This document shows positions 12,788 through 27,475 of a stretch of 64,000 bases of DNA, in pieces. Origin of the DNA: Parasitella parasitica NRRL 2501 (Eukaryota > Fungi > Mucoromycota); NCBI GenBank assembly GCA_025201805.1, contig MU619237.1:139996-203995 (forward strand). The letters are read 5' to 3'. A program made the translations under genes and the position numbers. Within the stretch, counting starts at the first letter, position 1; each line of letters begins with the position of its first letter. The notes under the pieces are model-generated. The model did not search any database, had not been told where the DNA came from, and saw only the letters and a list, made by a program, of their open reading frames with translations.

Positions 12788-14617
12788 TTCACCAACTTTT
12801 TTTTTTGTATTTATCATACACATCATATATACATACATGTGCCAATTCAAATCATTTTTGTTACAAACTCATATTATATTTAAATATCACACAATATCGC
12901 CCCCAATATCGCCGATTTATCACGTATACATAGACCTTCCTAGATACTCCCTCTCTCTCTTTTTTAATGTTAAATTATAGTCTTAACTCTTGTGTACATA
13001 CTAAGTAATGATGCACAGTTTTGACTATTATTTGTAATAATGGCTTTATTCTTGAATAAATTGAAAAAAAAAATTACGCTCTTTGTGTTTGGAAAATGAG
13101 GAGTGCATACGACACTTTTTTTGCTTCAAAAGCTGTTTCAATCAGGTTTTACAATATTATAGTTCTGGAACGCTTTGAACATATTAGTAGGATAAAATAC
13201 CCATTGTACAAATACGTAAAGATTGATAAAATATGATAGGTTGCCAAATAGCCCAATGCAGCTTTTGCTTATTTATTTACTGATCAAGAATTTTCAAAGT
13301 AAAGCAAGATAACAGAGCAGGTGTATATAGAAAAACAAACTCGATCAATTGATCAAAGAGCGCTAGTTCCAGAAAGAAAATCATGTTTTATTTTTTCTAA
13401 ATAGAGACAATATAGACTTTTAAATAGGTTACAGAGAAGCGTTCTCTCTGTTGTCTAGATACGAATCTAAATATATACCCAGCAGAGTTACCATGAGCGA
13501 TCTTTCACAATCAAGTTTCCATGGTAACCTTCTTTATCTTGCAGATCAACAGTTACGGAAACTTGGAGATGCAGTTCCCATCTGCTCAGTCATTTCTGAT
13601 TCAGGTAAATCGCAGATCCAAAATAGAGAATAGAGTTATACGTACAGATCAGCTTACTGAGTAATAATATCAAATGATGCAGTATTTGCGTACTGTATAC
13701 AGCTACAATCTGATTCTGGGGTAGATGGTAATACAGTACGCACTGTACACGGTAGTAGATAGTCGAGAAGCTTTTCATCCCTTACCCCTTGTACATACTA
13801 GGCAATTTTTTTCTTCCCAATCCATTGACAGGTGACCCAGGTGAAGGATATTTCCCCGCAGACACTTTATATAGCAACTGTAGGCTTACAATACCGCATT
13901 CAAAAAGGCTGCCGCTAGTATACCCGCAAAATATGACGTATACTATTATTTACAACTGATGAAAAGCTACCATGCGGGCCATTATTACTGTATTTGGGAT
14001 GAGATAGTTTCAAGTAAATTTGTGTATCATGTATAATTATTATATATTTATCATCTATATATTATGGCGCAATATAAATTAAGTAGATCTCATTAGAATA
14101 GCAAGGCCATAACCTTGTTTCACAATTACCATAATGTTATTGGCAACTTTGGAAAAGAAAAAAAATACGATTGCACATGACAAGGATAGCCGATTAAGCG
14201 TATATTAAAAATTTTACCTGTGGAGATCAAGAAACATGTAATGTATGCTACCATGTATAGATGTCGCATAGCTTTATACATTTTTGGGCATAAAATCACT
14301 GTTTCAATACAACAAGTCTCTAATTTAATTGATTCTACTATACATGTAAGATTGTGTCTCTACGGAATAAATCCACTATCACAGCTTGTTCTAGCGAGTT
14401 ACACGATGGTCTTAAATCTATGTTTGTTAAAGCGTAAAAATCTGACTTTATAATCAACATTTGGAAATAACATCCAAGTCTTTTATAACCAATTTTTTTT
14501 TTTTTTTTTCTTTTGATTCTAGTCCTTCTTTTCTTTCTATTATCAAAAATTCCATATTTTCCCCCGTCTCTTTTTTCTCTCACTGAAATCGAAACTTGAG
14601 AAATACAACACAAGTCG

Positions 14618-17480
14618 ATGGGTACCTTACATATCATACCGGGAGAACTCTCGACATTTACCATCGCAATAGCTATTTTGAGTGGCTTTATTGTATTCTT
14701 TGGCTATGTGTCCATGTTTATCAAGGAAAGATGCTTTTTATCGGAAGCATGTAAGAGCGGATTATCCCTGCCAAATAAAGTACCCCACTAACAGATTTGC
14801 TTTCTAAATCTAGTTGTTGCATTGATTGTAGGCATTATCGCAGGCCCATTGGTATCAAACGGATTCAATCCAAATAGCTGGGATGACAGCGATGAAATTA
14901 CCAAAGAATTGACTAGATGCATCCTTGCAATCCAAGTAAGAAACTAGAGCATATTATAGCCTAATTGACCGGATTTACTCAGCTTTCCTCTGTTGTTATT
15001 AGGTAATGGCCGTCGGTATTGATTTACCCAAGTAATGTGTTACACATATAAAGCAAAAGGCATAAATATTTACATATATTGTAATAGACACTACATGAAA
15101 AAAGAGTGGTTGACGATGTTTATGCTATTACTACCCATCATGATTTTTATGTGGCTCATCAGTGGATTGTTCATTTGGTGGTTGATTCCACCAATAAACT
15201 ATGTAAGTAACTGTCTACTACAACGACAGCATGTTTTCTAACTGCAATGTTGCTAGCTTCATGGTCTCGTCATCGCTGCTTGTGTTTGCCCAACTGATCC
15301 AGTGAGTAGACTATCTTTTTTTTTTTTGGTTTCCTGCTGCCGTCTTTTCTAATGTATTCAGTACAGATCTTGGCCAATTCAGTAGTCAAAGGCCGATTCG
15401 CCGAGAAGCATGTGCCAGCTCATATTAGAAATGCATTGTCCGCAGAGAGGTAACGTATAGTTGGTTGTTTATATACACATGTAGAGAAGACCCCTTGATT
15501 CCAACACGACCTTTTATTAGTGGTGCAAATGATGGCATGGGCTTCCCTTTTCTATTTTTGGCATTATTCTTGATTAGTGAGCCAAATGTTGGCACTGCCA
15601 TTGGAAAATGGATCTATATCACGCTGCTCTTCCAAATAGCACTCTCTTGTGTCATTGGTTTAATCGTGGGCTGGGTGGCTAGAAAGATACTGCAATGGTC
15701 CGAAAGAAAGTGAGTATATTGAAACAAGCAAAAAAAAAAAAAATTGAAGCTTCAGCGGTCTAACATGGAAATCAAAGCCATTTGATTGATAAACCATCCT
15801 TTTTGTGTTTCGCAATAGCTTTAGCCGTAAGTAGCTTAACACCATTGTCATATTACCAGTCCTTGATGTTGTGTATTTTATAGCTGTTCCTGATGAGTAT
15901 GACTGGATTCTCTGGAAGCGATGACTTGCTAGCCTGTTTTGTTGCAGGCAATGCGTTTTCTTGGGATGATTGGTTCAGACAAGAGACAGAGGAGGCGCAT
16001 TTTCAAGAGGTGATTGACATGATGCTGAATTTAGCTGTATTTGTCTACATTGGGGCCATTATTGTAAGACGACAAAGTACGTCCATTCTTTACTATTCCA
16101 TTTACTCACCTTTTGTACAAACGCATTGTGTTTATATAGCCTTGGTCTGATTTTGGCAATGCAGCTCTAGGCTTGACTCCATGGCGCTTGGTCGTCATTG
16201 CCATTTTAATCTTGTTGTTCAGACGTTTGCCTATTTTAATCATATTGAAACCCGTAATGCCTGCCATGAAGACGTACAGAGAGGCCATTTTTAGCGGCTG
16301 GTTTGGCCCCATGGGTGTTGGTGCCGTCTTTCTATCCATGATTGCAAAAGAAGAGATGATTGAAATCTACAAGGAAGACGAAGTGAAGCCCCTGACCATA
16401 GAGCTTATCAGCCCTGTGGTTCTCTTTATTGTATTGTCGTCGACGTTGGTTCACGGTACAACCATCCCCCTGTTCAAGATTGGCAAGCGTATCCGTACAA
16501 GAACATTATCCATTGCAAGCACAAGCAGTGGCCAAGTCCGCCGTCTACCGAAGCTTCAGTTTGGCCAGCAAATCAGTCTGCGGAAATCAGAGGATGGAAA
16601 TGCTGAAGCCAACGAGAACACTGAGGCAATGGCGCAATTAAAACGCAACACGCTTGCTAACACGATTCAGCATGAACACGCTGCAACTGCTCCCAATGCC
16701 ACACTCACCTATACTATTGATATGCACGATGATGATGACGACGACGACGGCTTGAATGAAGAAGATTTCTTGCCTGATGAATCAGATGAGACCCACGTTG
16801 ATGGAGATGATGATAAACCAGCCCAGCCTCAGCATCCCAATATACCCACTACTACTACTATTACTACTGCATCAACAAATGAGCCTCAGAGCATCAGATT
16901 CCTTGAACCAGTGAATCCTAGAAGTGGGGGTCATCAATCAAGCAGCAATGCAGAAAGAAACGAAGCCAGCGTCTCGAGTTTCAGAAGTTGGTTGAATAGA
17001 AGCAAATCTCCTGTGCAGGAGAACGACGCTGAAGAAGTCGGCATCGTTACAGCTCCTCCACCTCAATCCCACCCTCAGAATGCTGGCGGTGGATTGCGAA
17101 ATTTATTTAGACGTCATAAAGAGAGCACAGATGAAGCACCAGAACAACGGGCATCTCCTGCAAGCGAAGCTGCACCTGCACCTGCTGCTGAGGTTGCTAA
17201 CCAGCACTCTACATATGAAACTCTTCGAAATATGTTTGCCCATGCAACGCAAGGAGAGCACGACAGACCAACAGAACTTATTGACCTTGGACATGGCAAA
17301 TTGAGCTCCAGAATTGAAGTGTGGGACGAACCAAACCACGTCGTCATTGAAGACAAAGCAGACGCTTCATCTCATTGTGTCATTGATAAATCTGATAGCA
17401 ATTGGGAGGATCTGGTCAAAGAAAAGATTAGACAGCTTCAAGCCACCATTAATAACCCAAGCACAACAGATGAAGCCTAG
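14618..17480 (+). CDS. NHA1: Plasma-membrane Na+(K+)/H+ antiporter, CPA1/Nha1-Sod2 family; many introns
   Basis: FGYVSMFIKERCFLSEA, CPTDPILANSVVKGRFAEKHVP, SGANDGMGFPF, GSDDLLACFVAG, LFRRLP, FSGWFGPMGVGAVF and LVHGTTIP, then a long hydrophilic C-tail. Confidence 0.95.
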
Positions 17481-17651
17481 ATATGTATTATTCCCTTAGT
17501 TTTTTTTCCTCCCCCTCCACGTCCAAATAAAACTCAAATAAACAAGAATACCATGCCCTACAAGCTAGTACGTCTAGAGGCAAAAAAAGAAAAAGAAAAA
17601 GAAAAGACAGTGCCTACATTTGTATGTGCTGTTATGCATTGATCTGTTTAT

Positions 17652-19044
17652 TTAGAACTCATAATCATCATCTGTCATACAAGTATCTTCCATATAGAAA
17701 GTTGGCATCAATCGTCGAGCCTTCTCCAGATACCAGCCATCGTTGCTTAATCTAACGAGATCAGCTCTGAATACCATGCCCACCAGGAGAAAATCGACAA
17801 TTTCCTTCTCCAAATAGATTTCATAAGACTTTTGATCATCCTCTTTGTTTTGCAAGGTCACCAAAATCAAATCATCTTTGTCTGTATTTTCGTCAAATGC
17901 CGAGAACTTTGCAATTTCAACAAAGACATATGTCTCGGTATCCAGCAATTTTACATTTTCAGGATTTTTGATCTGCTTTTGTACAGTTTTTCTGGAATCT
18001 TCATCACTTGAGCCTAGGGTATCCACGACAAACGACAGGAATCGCTTCTGCACAGTCAAAGTCTCTGAAGTCATCCAAGATGTATCCACCTTCTCCTGGA
18101 ACAAGTTTGAGCAGGCAAGGTTATATTTTCCTGGGAGTAGGCCAATGGCACGTTTACATTTGGGCAGCTGAATCTTGGCTTCGGCACAGATGGCGCGAGC
18201 ATTGGCGATGTCATCTGCGTACTCGGGAGCCACATTTCTGATTTGCAAGTATCTCAAGAACGCATCAATTAGGACGGGGGCATCAGTAAAGTCTTGCAAG
18301 CCAATAAAAAGACTTTCGCGAATAAAGGTGTTGCCAAAGTAGACTTGGGCGACTTCTGTAAAGTTGACCTCGAGACCGTCTTCCAATTCATCAGGGACAA
18401 AATCTGTAGCAATTTTGGCAGCCTCAAAATCTTGAACAGCCTCTGGGTCATCTGGTGTGTCAGCACTTGTTGAACGGCCCAAGAACATGTTGGGGCCGGT
18501 GACGATGCCACCAAATTTGAGATAGTTGTCAAAGATGGCTTTTCTTGATTCTGTAAATTTGTGGTTTTTGCGGTATTTCCAGATAGCATATTCGACACGT
18601 TGAGCGAGAGGGTGTTCACTAGGTTTGATTTTAATGGTGTGCTTTGACTAATAAATTAGGTAAACCACTTACGGGCTGAATGGGTCTTCAATCACATCTT
18701 CGTTATTCTGTTCAACATAGTCGTCAGCAAGATCAGTACCAGCCTCAGGTAACTTGGAAGTTTTGCTCTTCTTCTTCTTTTTCTTTTTCTTTTTCTTTTC
18801 GACATTTTCATCGTCCCTCCTTGCTTGTTGTAAGCTTACAGGCGTCGAGAGTTCATTGAGCTGGGGAATCTCTTCTTCGACTTGTTCCCCATCTACGCCG
18901 CTGTCGGATACATAGCTCTCGTTCTCTTGGCTAGAGATACGAGCCTCATTTAAAAGATTTGCACTAGACTAAGAGTGTCAGTTTCTTACGTCTGCCCAAT
19001 TTTCCCCATTCTTACACGAGTTCTTCTCTGTCTGTTTGATCCAT
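17652..19044 (-). CDS. ARB1: Argonaute siRNA chaperone (ARC) complex subunit Arb1-like protein
   Basis: Spliced ORF MDQTDREELV...KKKRKKKKK...EDPFSP/EHPLAQRVEYAIWKYRKNHKF...IFDNYLKFGGIVTGPNMFLG...VNFTEVAQVYF...FLRYLQIRNVAPEY matches the recalled fungal Arb1 pattern. Confidence 0.8.
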
Positions 19045-19286
19045 ATTTGATAACTAAAAGTAAGAGCAAAACGCCAAGGGAGAGTTTGTTGAGCCTCCGC
19101 CCATTTAATCAGTCAATTTCGCGCTACAAATGTAGTATCATGAATCGCAGTCTAGCAGCTGAATTACATCACATCACTACGGTACCACTCTGCTTCACAC
19201 CATCTTACATGCTTCTAGCAGTGACCACTTCAATGAAAACCGCCAACATCAATTCAAAGGTAAATTATGCACATCAAAGAGCTTTT

Positions 19287-20260
19287 TTATTTTTCGAGAC
19301 TGAACTCAAACGTCAAGTCATTGTGTTCATCAGGGTTTACGGGTGATAAATCACTCTCATTATACCATAGTCTCTCAATGAATGTGACGTTATCGTCGTA
19401 ATCAATCAGGACGACTGTACTTGTTCTAGTTGCATACGCAGCGTCCAAGATGCCTTGATCGTTGGGAAAGTTGAATAAGGGTATGGATATACGCTCTTTG
19501 AGATCATCAAACACCTGCTTAACATCCTTGTCGTTTTTCATAGGCTTTGTTATGCTCAAGAGCCCAAATAGTGCATCAATGAGCTCCTTTTTTTCCATGT
19601 CTTTTTGCTGAATTATCCTTTGGAATATGTCTTTCCCCATTTGCACCTTTGGCCAAGGTTTTGTCAGCAAAGAATTGGACAAGCCTGCAACAAAGCAAAG
19701 AAGGTTACACATACAGCCGCAACAAGAATTTGTCATCTCCATTTTCTTACCATAGACTTTTCCTGGCTCCAAGTCAATTTCTGGCTCATTTTCACGGTTG
19801 CTTATATACTTCATGTCGACGGGATCCTTGCTGAAATCAAATTCGACTAGACTAAATCCGCCATAGTCCTGTATGTGTGTTTGCAAGCGCTTTACGGAAG
19901 CATCCACAGATTCAGATTCGCATAAAAAGTCTCTCACCAGCACTCCCCGAGACACTTTTCCTCGGAAGTTTGGTTCTCGAAAGTTTGTCAATGCAGAGAA
20001 CCTACCCTGTCGAGTTATGCCTAGCCAGGTGCCGTTCTTCAGGCTTTCGTCATCTGCATGCTTTTCCAAATCAGTGCCAGCAAGCACATTGTCACAAGGA
20101 GGCTCCCAGAAATGAGCTCTCGCAGTAGGCCGCATTATGAATTCATCCCTGTTGCCTGCAAATACACTGGAAACTATCAGCGGAAAAGAGCTCTACAATT
20201 TGGATATACCTACAATCGATATTTAGGGTGGTTTTCTACGGTCCAAAATAAAATACACAT
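19287..20260 (-). CDS. TANGO2: NRDE/TANGO2 family protein (transport and Golgi organisation 2)
   Basis: MCILFW...FAGNRDEFIMRPT, GTWLGIT, LTNFRE, SRGVLVRDFL, GLSNSLL..PWPKV and YATRTSTVVL; two introns. Confidence 0.93.
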
Positions 20261-20758
20261 TATCGAATATGAGCAAAAAAAAAAAAAAGTTGTAAAGATA
20301 CTTGGTTACAAAGTCTTTGCACGGTATTTGAAGGTGTGGGGTGATTAAATTTTATCGATCTTCCAATTCCAAACAAGTGACCTAGAACCCTCGAATTTGC
20401 ATAATACTGTACACAACCACATTTTTTATACTATCTACATTTGGTTTTCCAACATCTCGAAATCAGAGCCAAAGCAGGCCTATAGTAATGAAGGTGATAT
20501 ATAGTTGTTAAACACCTTTCTTTCTCTTCTACATTTGTATTGATGCTTTTTTTTTCTTTCTCCAGAACCATTATCTCTAGAGAAAGGTAGTTTCACTGGT
20601 TTCTTCCAGCAGATTTGAGTATGACAAGCAGGTTTTTTTTTCTCTCTTCAATGTTGTATTTGTAAAGCAAAAACTACATGATTGCAGTAGTTACTACATT
20701 TTCAACAGACGCAAATCAAGTTGGAAAAAAAAAATATGCTACTTTGTTTATTGTCACA

Positions 20759-21923
20759 TTAAAAGTTACCGCAGATGGTTAACTCGCGCATTTGTTGCAA
20801 AACATCATCAACACGGTGATCGGCCTCCTCATTGTTGGGAGGGAAATGGTGTCTGAGACCTTCTAATTGCTCATAACTACTTTGGCTGAATTTCAGCTGT
20901 GATTTGACTAGTGCTTCAAAGGAAGGATCGATATAGGGAACTCGCAGTTCAATGACTTTTGGTAAATCATTGACGATGATTGTGTTTAAATTTTCATACA
21001 TTTCACGAGCTAGATTTGCTTCTTGCTCAGCCTGAATGTGCAGAATTATTTCCGTATGTAAATCAACTGATTTCTGCAAATGTCACTCGAGTGCTTTACT
21101 TACTCTAGGTAAACGTTGGGGGTCCTCGCTTGGTCTATCAACCAATTTTCTAACTTTTGCTCTCGATGAGTCGTAATCCAGAAGCTTTTTTTGTCGACGT
21201 TTTATGGCCTCGTTGACTTCAGGAAAGTAGGAGCAAAATCTACCCAATGGCTCCAGTACAGTAGTACGATATGCAGTGTCCTTTCAAATGAAATTTTAGT
21301 ATAGACTTTTGACTCCTTGGAGCCATTGAAATATCCATATACTCACCAAATTGGATCTCGCTTCCTCGTCCAACTTTTCAACGACTCGCTTGTATTCAGC
21401 TCCAGAGGCTCCCATAGGTGTCGTATCGTCGTAGAAATTCTCAATTGTTGTCGCAATACGGACCTGAGCAGTTGTCATGGCTTATTAATAGAGGAGCGTT
21501 ACTTTGAGCAAACACACTACAAAACCACAACCAATTTACCTCTCATGGAATCGAGATATCCCTTGGATTCTTTGGCAAGTTTTTCAGATTTCTTTTCGAG
21601 ACTATGTACGTCCGAATTCGCTCAACATCTGTGTTTCTTTCTCGCTGATTGATTTCAGTTGTACTTACTTTTTGAAGCGCTCATATTCCTCTTCAAATTC
21701 ACCATCAACGGTTCTATCGCCTCCGCCTGTTCTTGACTTGATCTGATAAAAAAAAAAAAAAAAAATGTCAATTCCATGTACTACCTACTATTCATGTCTG
21801 CTATCATACGCTTTGGCCAGCTCTATTCAAGTTTTTTTTAAACCCTGACCTAATTATTGCAAAAGCGTCAGTATGTATAGCAGCACCCAATGAGGACCGC
21901 CGTCCAACTTACAGGAAACTCAT
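20759..21923 (-). CDS. RVS161: N-BAR amphiphysin Rvs161/Hob3; multi-exon
   Basis: GFKKNLNRA, DRTVDGEFEEEYERF, KGYLDSMRAMT, FPEVNEAIKRRQKKLLDYD and LRVPYIDPSFEALVKSQLKF; no SH3 domain. Confidence 0.93.
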
Positions 21924-22138
21924 ATTTCAATTGTGTTGTGGAACAGGAAGAAAAGGAAAAAGGGAAAAACATGAATCCCTTGAAATTGACCATCTTGAAA
22001 AGGCGCTGCAGAAGGGTCTCATGCGAAATTACCCGCCAATCATAGTTTTAGATATGACAGGAATGCAACATCAAAAGCCAACATTCTTTGAGCAATAAAT
22101 TGCCTACTTTTCCTCTCCCTCTCTTTCTCTTACACACC

Positions 22139-25100
22139 ATGTTAAGTGACACAAGCTTGATAAATACAATCATACTGGTAAGTAGCCTATAGTCCAATTG
22201 ACCCGTCTCCCAGCATTGAATCTTGTTATGTAGAGTGGCATCTCAAATATAAGATATAAGTGTTATGTCAAATCATATCCCAAGTCATCTTTACTGTCGT
22301 TCCTCACATGCGAGGGATTTCAAGCCAGGCCGTCCTACATTGCTTCTCCAGAATCACAAAACTTGATTATTCATGCTTATCGACACTTGATTGCAATGAA
22401 TGTACCAGCGACTTGGCACGTTTCATCGAATCAAAATGTCGATAAAGACACAATATCGTTGGAGCTGTGGCTATTCTGGTTTGATAACAAGCATACAAGC
22501 CTTATTGCGAATGATTCGCTACTGAAAGAGCTACAAGGCGAGTTGCATGTTAGCATGATCTACTGCATCTAGAAGGCTAACAATGTCCATATTCAATAGA
22601 AACAAAAGCTGGCTCGTTCAGCTGGAATCAGATTGCCTCAAGAAATGGGCTATCTCCAACTTCATCACCTCAGTTGAGCAGCGCAAAATCAGACAGCATA
22701 ACGCTTGTCCCAGGCACAGAATACAAGCTATTTATCAAATCTATTCGAAACCTGATCCAACATGCCATGGTACGCAAGAGAAATGCCTTTGTTCTGGGCG
22801 AGTTCTTTGTATTCCCCAAGACCTATCAAGACGATGGCAATGTCATGAAGGACGAGATGGCCAATCACGGCTTCAAAGACAATTGCTCGTCTGTAAGAAA
22901 TAGCATGCTTGCTTGTATGTACAATGTCTACTTTACAACATCCAGCCTTGTTTTTCAACCCAACACAAGAAGGATGAGACTTCGGCCCTTATCTAGCTCT
23001 GATTTCTATGCAAAAAATCTAAAAGGTCAGTGCAGCTGTGTATCCTAGGAAAATTGCGCCATGTCAAGAACTAAAGTATTAAAGTCAAAAGATAGTTTTA
23101 TTATGTCCTACAGGAGAACATGCTCGCATTCTTTCGTTCCATAGCTTACCAGCAGCTGCCCACGCCAAAGTTTTAAATCAATGGGCCGAATTTTACGACA
23201 TGCCAGTCTCGCTATTAATGCAAAGCAAGGACTATATACCGTCTCTCGTCACTATTCGCACTGCATCGCAAGATACCATTGTTTATCCTTCAACACTGGT
23301 TTTTGTACCAACAGACACAAAACAATCCCCCGCTGCTGTGGCTGGTATGAATGGCATTATGGGTTTGAATCCGGGATTAACTGAAGATTTGGGTGAGAAA
23401 GCATCTCGGGTGGCGTATTATGAGCAGCTAAGACAAATCACGCAGGAAAAAGACGTCGCTATTGATTACTGGTCGTACAAGGATCCCGTTATCCAGGTCG
23501 GCGATTCAGTTATTCATGCCCTGTCAACAATAGATGCAAAGTATCAGCAAGACCAAATGCTACTACATCGAGCGTTGATAGAGCCTGTTGTTGGAAGCCC
23601 ACTCATGAATGCCAAAAGCGTTGTGCCCGCTAATTATGATTCCCCCTTGCTTTCGTCAGGCTTGCGTCGCAAACCGGACACATCTTCCAAATACAATCAA
23701 AACGATTGCAACATGCAACTCACTGAGTACGTAAAATCTCAATTCGATACCGAAACAACGGACGATCCAGACGTGTTGGGCAATAATTTGCTACTTCAAA
23801 ACACGTCGGCTGTTTTGGACAGCAAGGATAGTCTTGATATTGGCGGTGGGTCTCATTTATCTGCCTTATTGAACAGACATCTCATTATTGATTCTACAGA
23901 TAGCTTGTCTGGCGAGAATCTGGAGCAGCCAAAACCAGAGCAACAGCAACAGCAACAGCTGCAACCGCAAACTATGATGCCAGAGATGGTCGCAAAAGAT
24001 GAGCACCCTCCATTGGAAGATTTCAACTTGATATACGACATGGGAGGCACAACGACTTCTTTGCCTAGAGCTGATGCGTGGGATACAGACGCTGGGTTTG
24101 GTGATTTAGATTTAGACGTTACTGATGCTGATTTCGATTTTTTCGAGACACCAGTGGCGCGCGTAGATCCAGTTGTATCCGAGCCCAACGTCCTCAATAT
24201 TATCCCAATGGACATTGATCCTCCTAATATGAATGACATGAAGCCTCAGCTGCAGCAAGAGCCAGCAGATCAGGACACGCTGATGGTCGACGTTCAAGTG
24301 TCAGAATCCAAACCCACGCCCAGCAACAACGATAGTCTCTTTACTCCGTTTGTAATTAGCAACGACAGCACCGAAAATGTGAGCTCTGTCGCTACAATGG
24401 AAGAAACATCCTACGCACTAACACCGCAGATAGCAAGTGCATCTGTTTTGCAAAAGAGAGCACCTTATCAAAAGTCTACACCAGAGCCTTATACATTTGT
24501 TCCTCGAGACTTTCTGCCAGTGTCTATGAAAGCAAGTGTCAATGATGCGAAATATGGCGCTGGAGGAAAATTCATGTATAGCCCTTCAAAGGATCAGTCC
24601 CACACGGAAAACAATGACCTTTCCGTGCCGCAAAAGAAGGAAAGCTACTATAGCCCTGATTATGTACCAGTAATGCCAAAGAAAAAACGTGGTAAAGCCA
24701 CACATCTAAAACTGAAGGTGACAAAGGACAATGACAGCCTGAAACATGGAAGCAGAGATAGCAGCAATGACGGAAAAACCGGCAATAGTAGTATCAGTAG
24801 CAACAGCAACAGCAGTAGCAGTAGCAGTAGCAACAGTAGCGACAGTAGCGACAGTAGCGACAGTAGCGACAGTAGTGGAAGTGAAAGTTTGTCAGTGGAT
24901 GACGACGGTACAAGTGATAGCAGTGATAGCGGAAGGTCAGAAAACGATGACAGGGTTGAGAAGCGCCTTCGAGCACTCAAAAAGTTCCAAAGGAGCATTG
25001 TTCACAGCCAACTAAAAGCTACGCCTGCACCTCTACCGACAGACCGACTTCAATATTTAGACTATGATACTCCGTTTGCGCCTGTTATTGCTTATGGAGC

Positions 25101-27475
25101 AATCAAACCCATTAAATGGAGACACAGCAAGGCCATGGAAGAGTCTCTCGAGTATTTATGCCAGCAAGTTGTATTAGGAGGGTATCCTTTTACATGTGGA
25201 TTAGCAGAAGCATCTCAGAATGGCGGTGAGATTGAAGGGGAGCCGGCAAAGGTGATGGTTGCTCGACGGAATAACCTCATGCAAATGACTCGCGGGGTTG
25301 TTACACATGTTCCGTCGCTTCAGTCTGATGTGTTTGATATGGTAAATGAGTTTAAGAATATGTTGCAAGAAACTTTCGGGAGTGACGCCGATAGTATGCA
25401 GATACTGGAAACCACGCCAGAGACCCTTGACCCTGTATCTTACTCTTGTGGCCCATTATTAGGCAAAATTGACATTAAAGGGCCATTGAATATACAAGAG
25501 TATTACGATCTTAACGGTAGAGTATAGCATACACATGCGTACATATTCTTCATCTTTTATTCAAACATACGCTGTAGAATCGCACAATCAAGGCCATTCA
25601 AAATATGGGAAATACCAGATCAAAAAAAAACGGCCAGATGAGCCAAATCTAGACATAATCAAGCAGCCTGACATAGTGGTGTCCAGACATGACGATTACC
25701 TTGAAGGATCACCGAAAATGCTGCCATTCTGGGAAAAGTTGGGATTGGAGCCTTATTCTTGCAAAAAGCAGATCAGGTATCTCGTTGTCTACCCAGATTG
25801 TATCGACATTGCAATTTCAGCTCAGAGCTTTTTCAAGAGCCTCAGTGATGTTTTTGAAGCATGCAATTTGGGAAGACATGAGCCCGGGTATTCTGGGGCC
25901 TACATCAATGGACTAGTACCCGTGCCGATGTCGGGTAAGTTACGGCACTCATATCTGACCAAATGTGACATCAGTTGATATTATCGTAGATTTGGATAGT
26001 AGCGAGAGTAGTGTTCGACGCAGATTAAAGAGCTATGAAGACACCTGTGAGACTCTGGGTCGCCATCTTGCTTTGGCTGATGAGCACCAGAAACAGCAAC
26101 ACTACACTGTAATTTATATTGTGAATTTGGGCCCTCACATGTCGTCCTACCTTGATATGTGTCGCTGCTTTTACAAATTGAAAGAAGCATACCAGACAAT
26201 CTTACACAAGAATTTCATGGAAGAGCAACCAAAAATTGCCCTTCAGCTGTTGCCAATTGACCATCTACTACGATCATCTGCGTTTGGTGGATATACACTG
26301 CTGGGAATGAAGGACATTGCCTTCTCTGTCTACAGCAAATGCTTTACTAGAGTGACCAGGAAGGTTAGCAAACAATCCAGCAGGTCCTCAAACTTTATAT
26401 CTTATGTAGTATACGTAGATCACCAGAGCAGATCAAGAATCGTGGACAGACTTGTATTCGCCTGCATACGTCCTAAAAAATCCTGTACGAAGAACCATCA
26501 AGTTCAAGCTAAATGATCTTCGACCATATCCTACGATAATGGAGCAAAATGCCGTGCTCCACATGGCTTATTGTTTTAGCTATGATCGTGCGTGGATGTC
26601 AGTTGTTTGGGTAGATGATCGAGGAGAGTTACTTGAATATGAGCGATTCGGACGCAAGGCAGCATACAAAGAAGCTTGGGATCGAACATTAGAGATAACA
26701 AAACGAACAGGATTTTCATGGACAATAGTCATTGCGAAGCTTGGGCTCATGTTCAACGACGAGTTTGTGTATTGGCTTCGTCATGTTTCTCTAGTCACTG
26801 AGCACCATGTAGCAATCATTGCTATTGACCTGGAATCAGGGCTTAATCTCCACTTTAACGCATGCTATCCTAACAGTCGAGATACAAAAGAGCAACAGAG
26901 AACACAACAGCCATCTTTCTTGGACGCCCACGGTAAAATCCGTATGGGAGCAGGCAGCATGGGCTATACAGCAAAGCAAGGTAAACCTGATCAGCCAAAC
27001 AAACCATCGGCAGAAGTAAATGAGACGCAAATATTGCTCTTAAATCATCGCGTCAGTTACTCTCAGAAACGAGAGCGAGCTTATAAAGGCATACTCAGGA
27101 TAGAAGCCGTTACAGAAAAGGAGAATTGGATGATTCCATTGGCAACAGGCTACCTGATAAATCATTCCCTCCCAAACAAGAATGTAAATCCTGGTATGGA
27201 GCAATTCAATAATGAAGCATTTGTTGCAGAGGTATGTCAATGTTTGAGCATTTGGAGAGCACTTTATAAGATTTCTTTTTCGGGCGTAGATTCATTTGCT
27301 GCACAATCATACGGACATATCCGCTTATAGTGCATTGCAACATATCATCAAAAGACTATACGCACTGTCATTTATTAACCCAATGCCATCAAGTCATACT
27401 TGTATTCCGTATCACATCATACTGGCTGAAAGACTGAGCCGACTGCTCCTGGTTGTGGATGACTCGATAAAATAA
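22139..27475 (+). CDS. MED13: Mediator kinase-module subunit 13; multi-exon
   Basis: N-terminal MLSDTSLINT and LELWLFWF, DVTDADFDFFE, DAKYGAGGKF, LPFWEKLGLEPYS, LHMAYCFSYDRAW..VWVDDRGEL, WTIVIAKLG and PLATGYLI. The last exon ends at TAA 27473-27475. Confidence 0.92.
24783..24930 (+). repeat. Coding Ser-rich micro/minisatellite in MED13 (AGT/AGC runs and 9-bp AGTAGCGAC x4)
   Basis: Directly visible; encodes SSNSNSSSSSSSNSSDSSDSSDSSDSSG. Confidence 0.85.
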
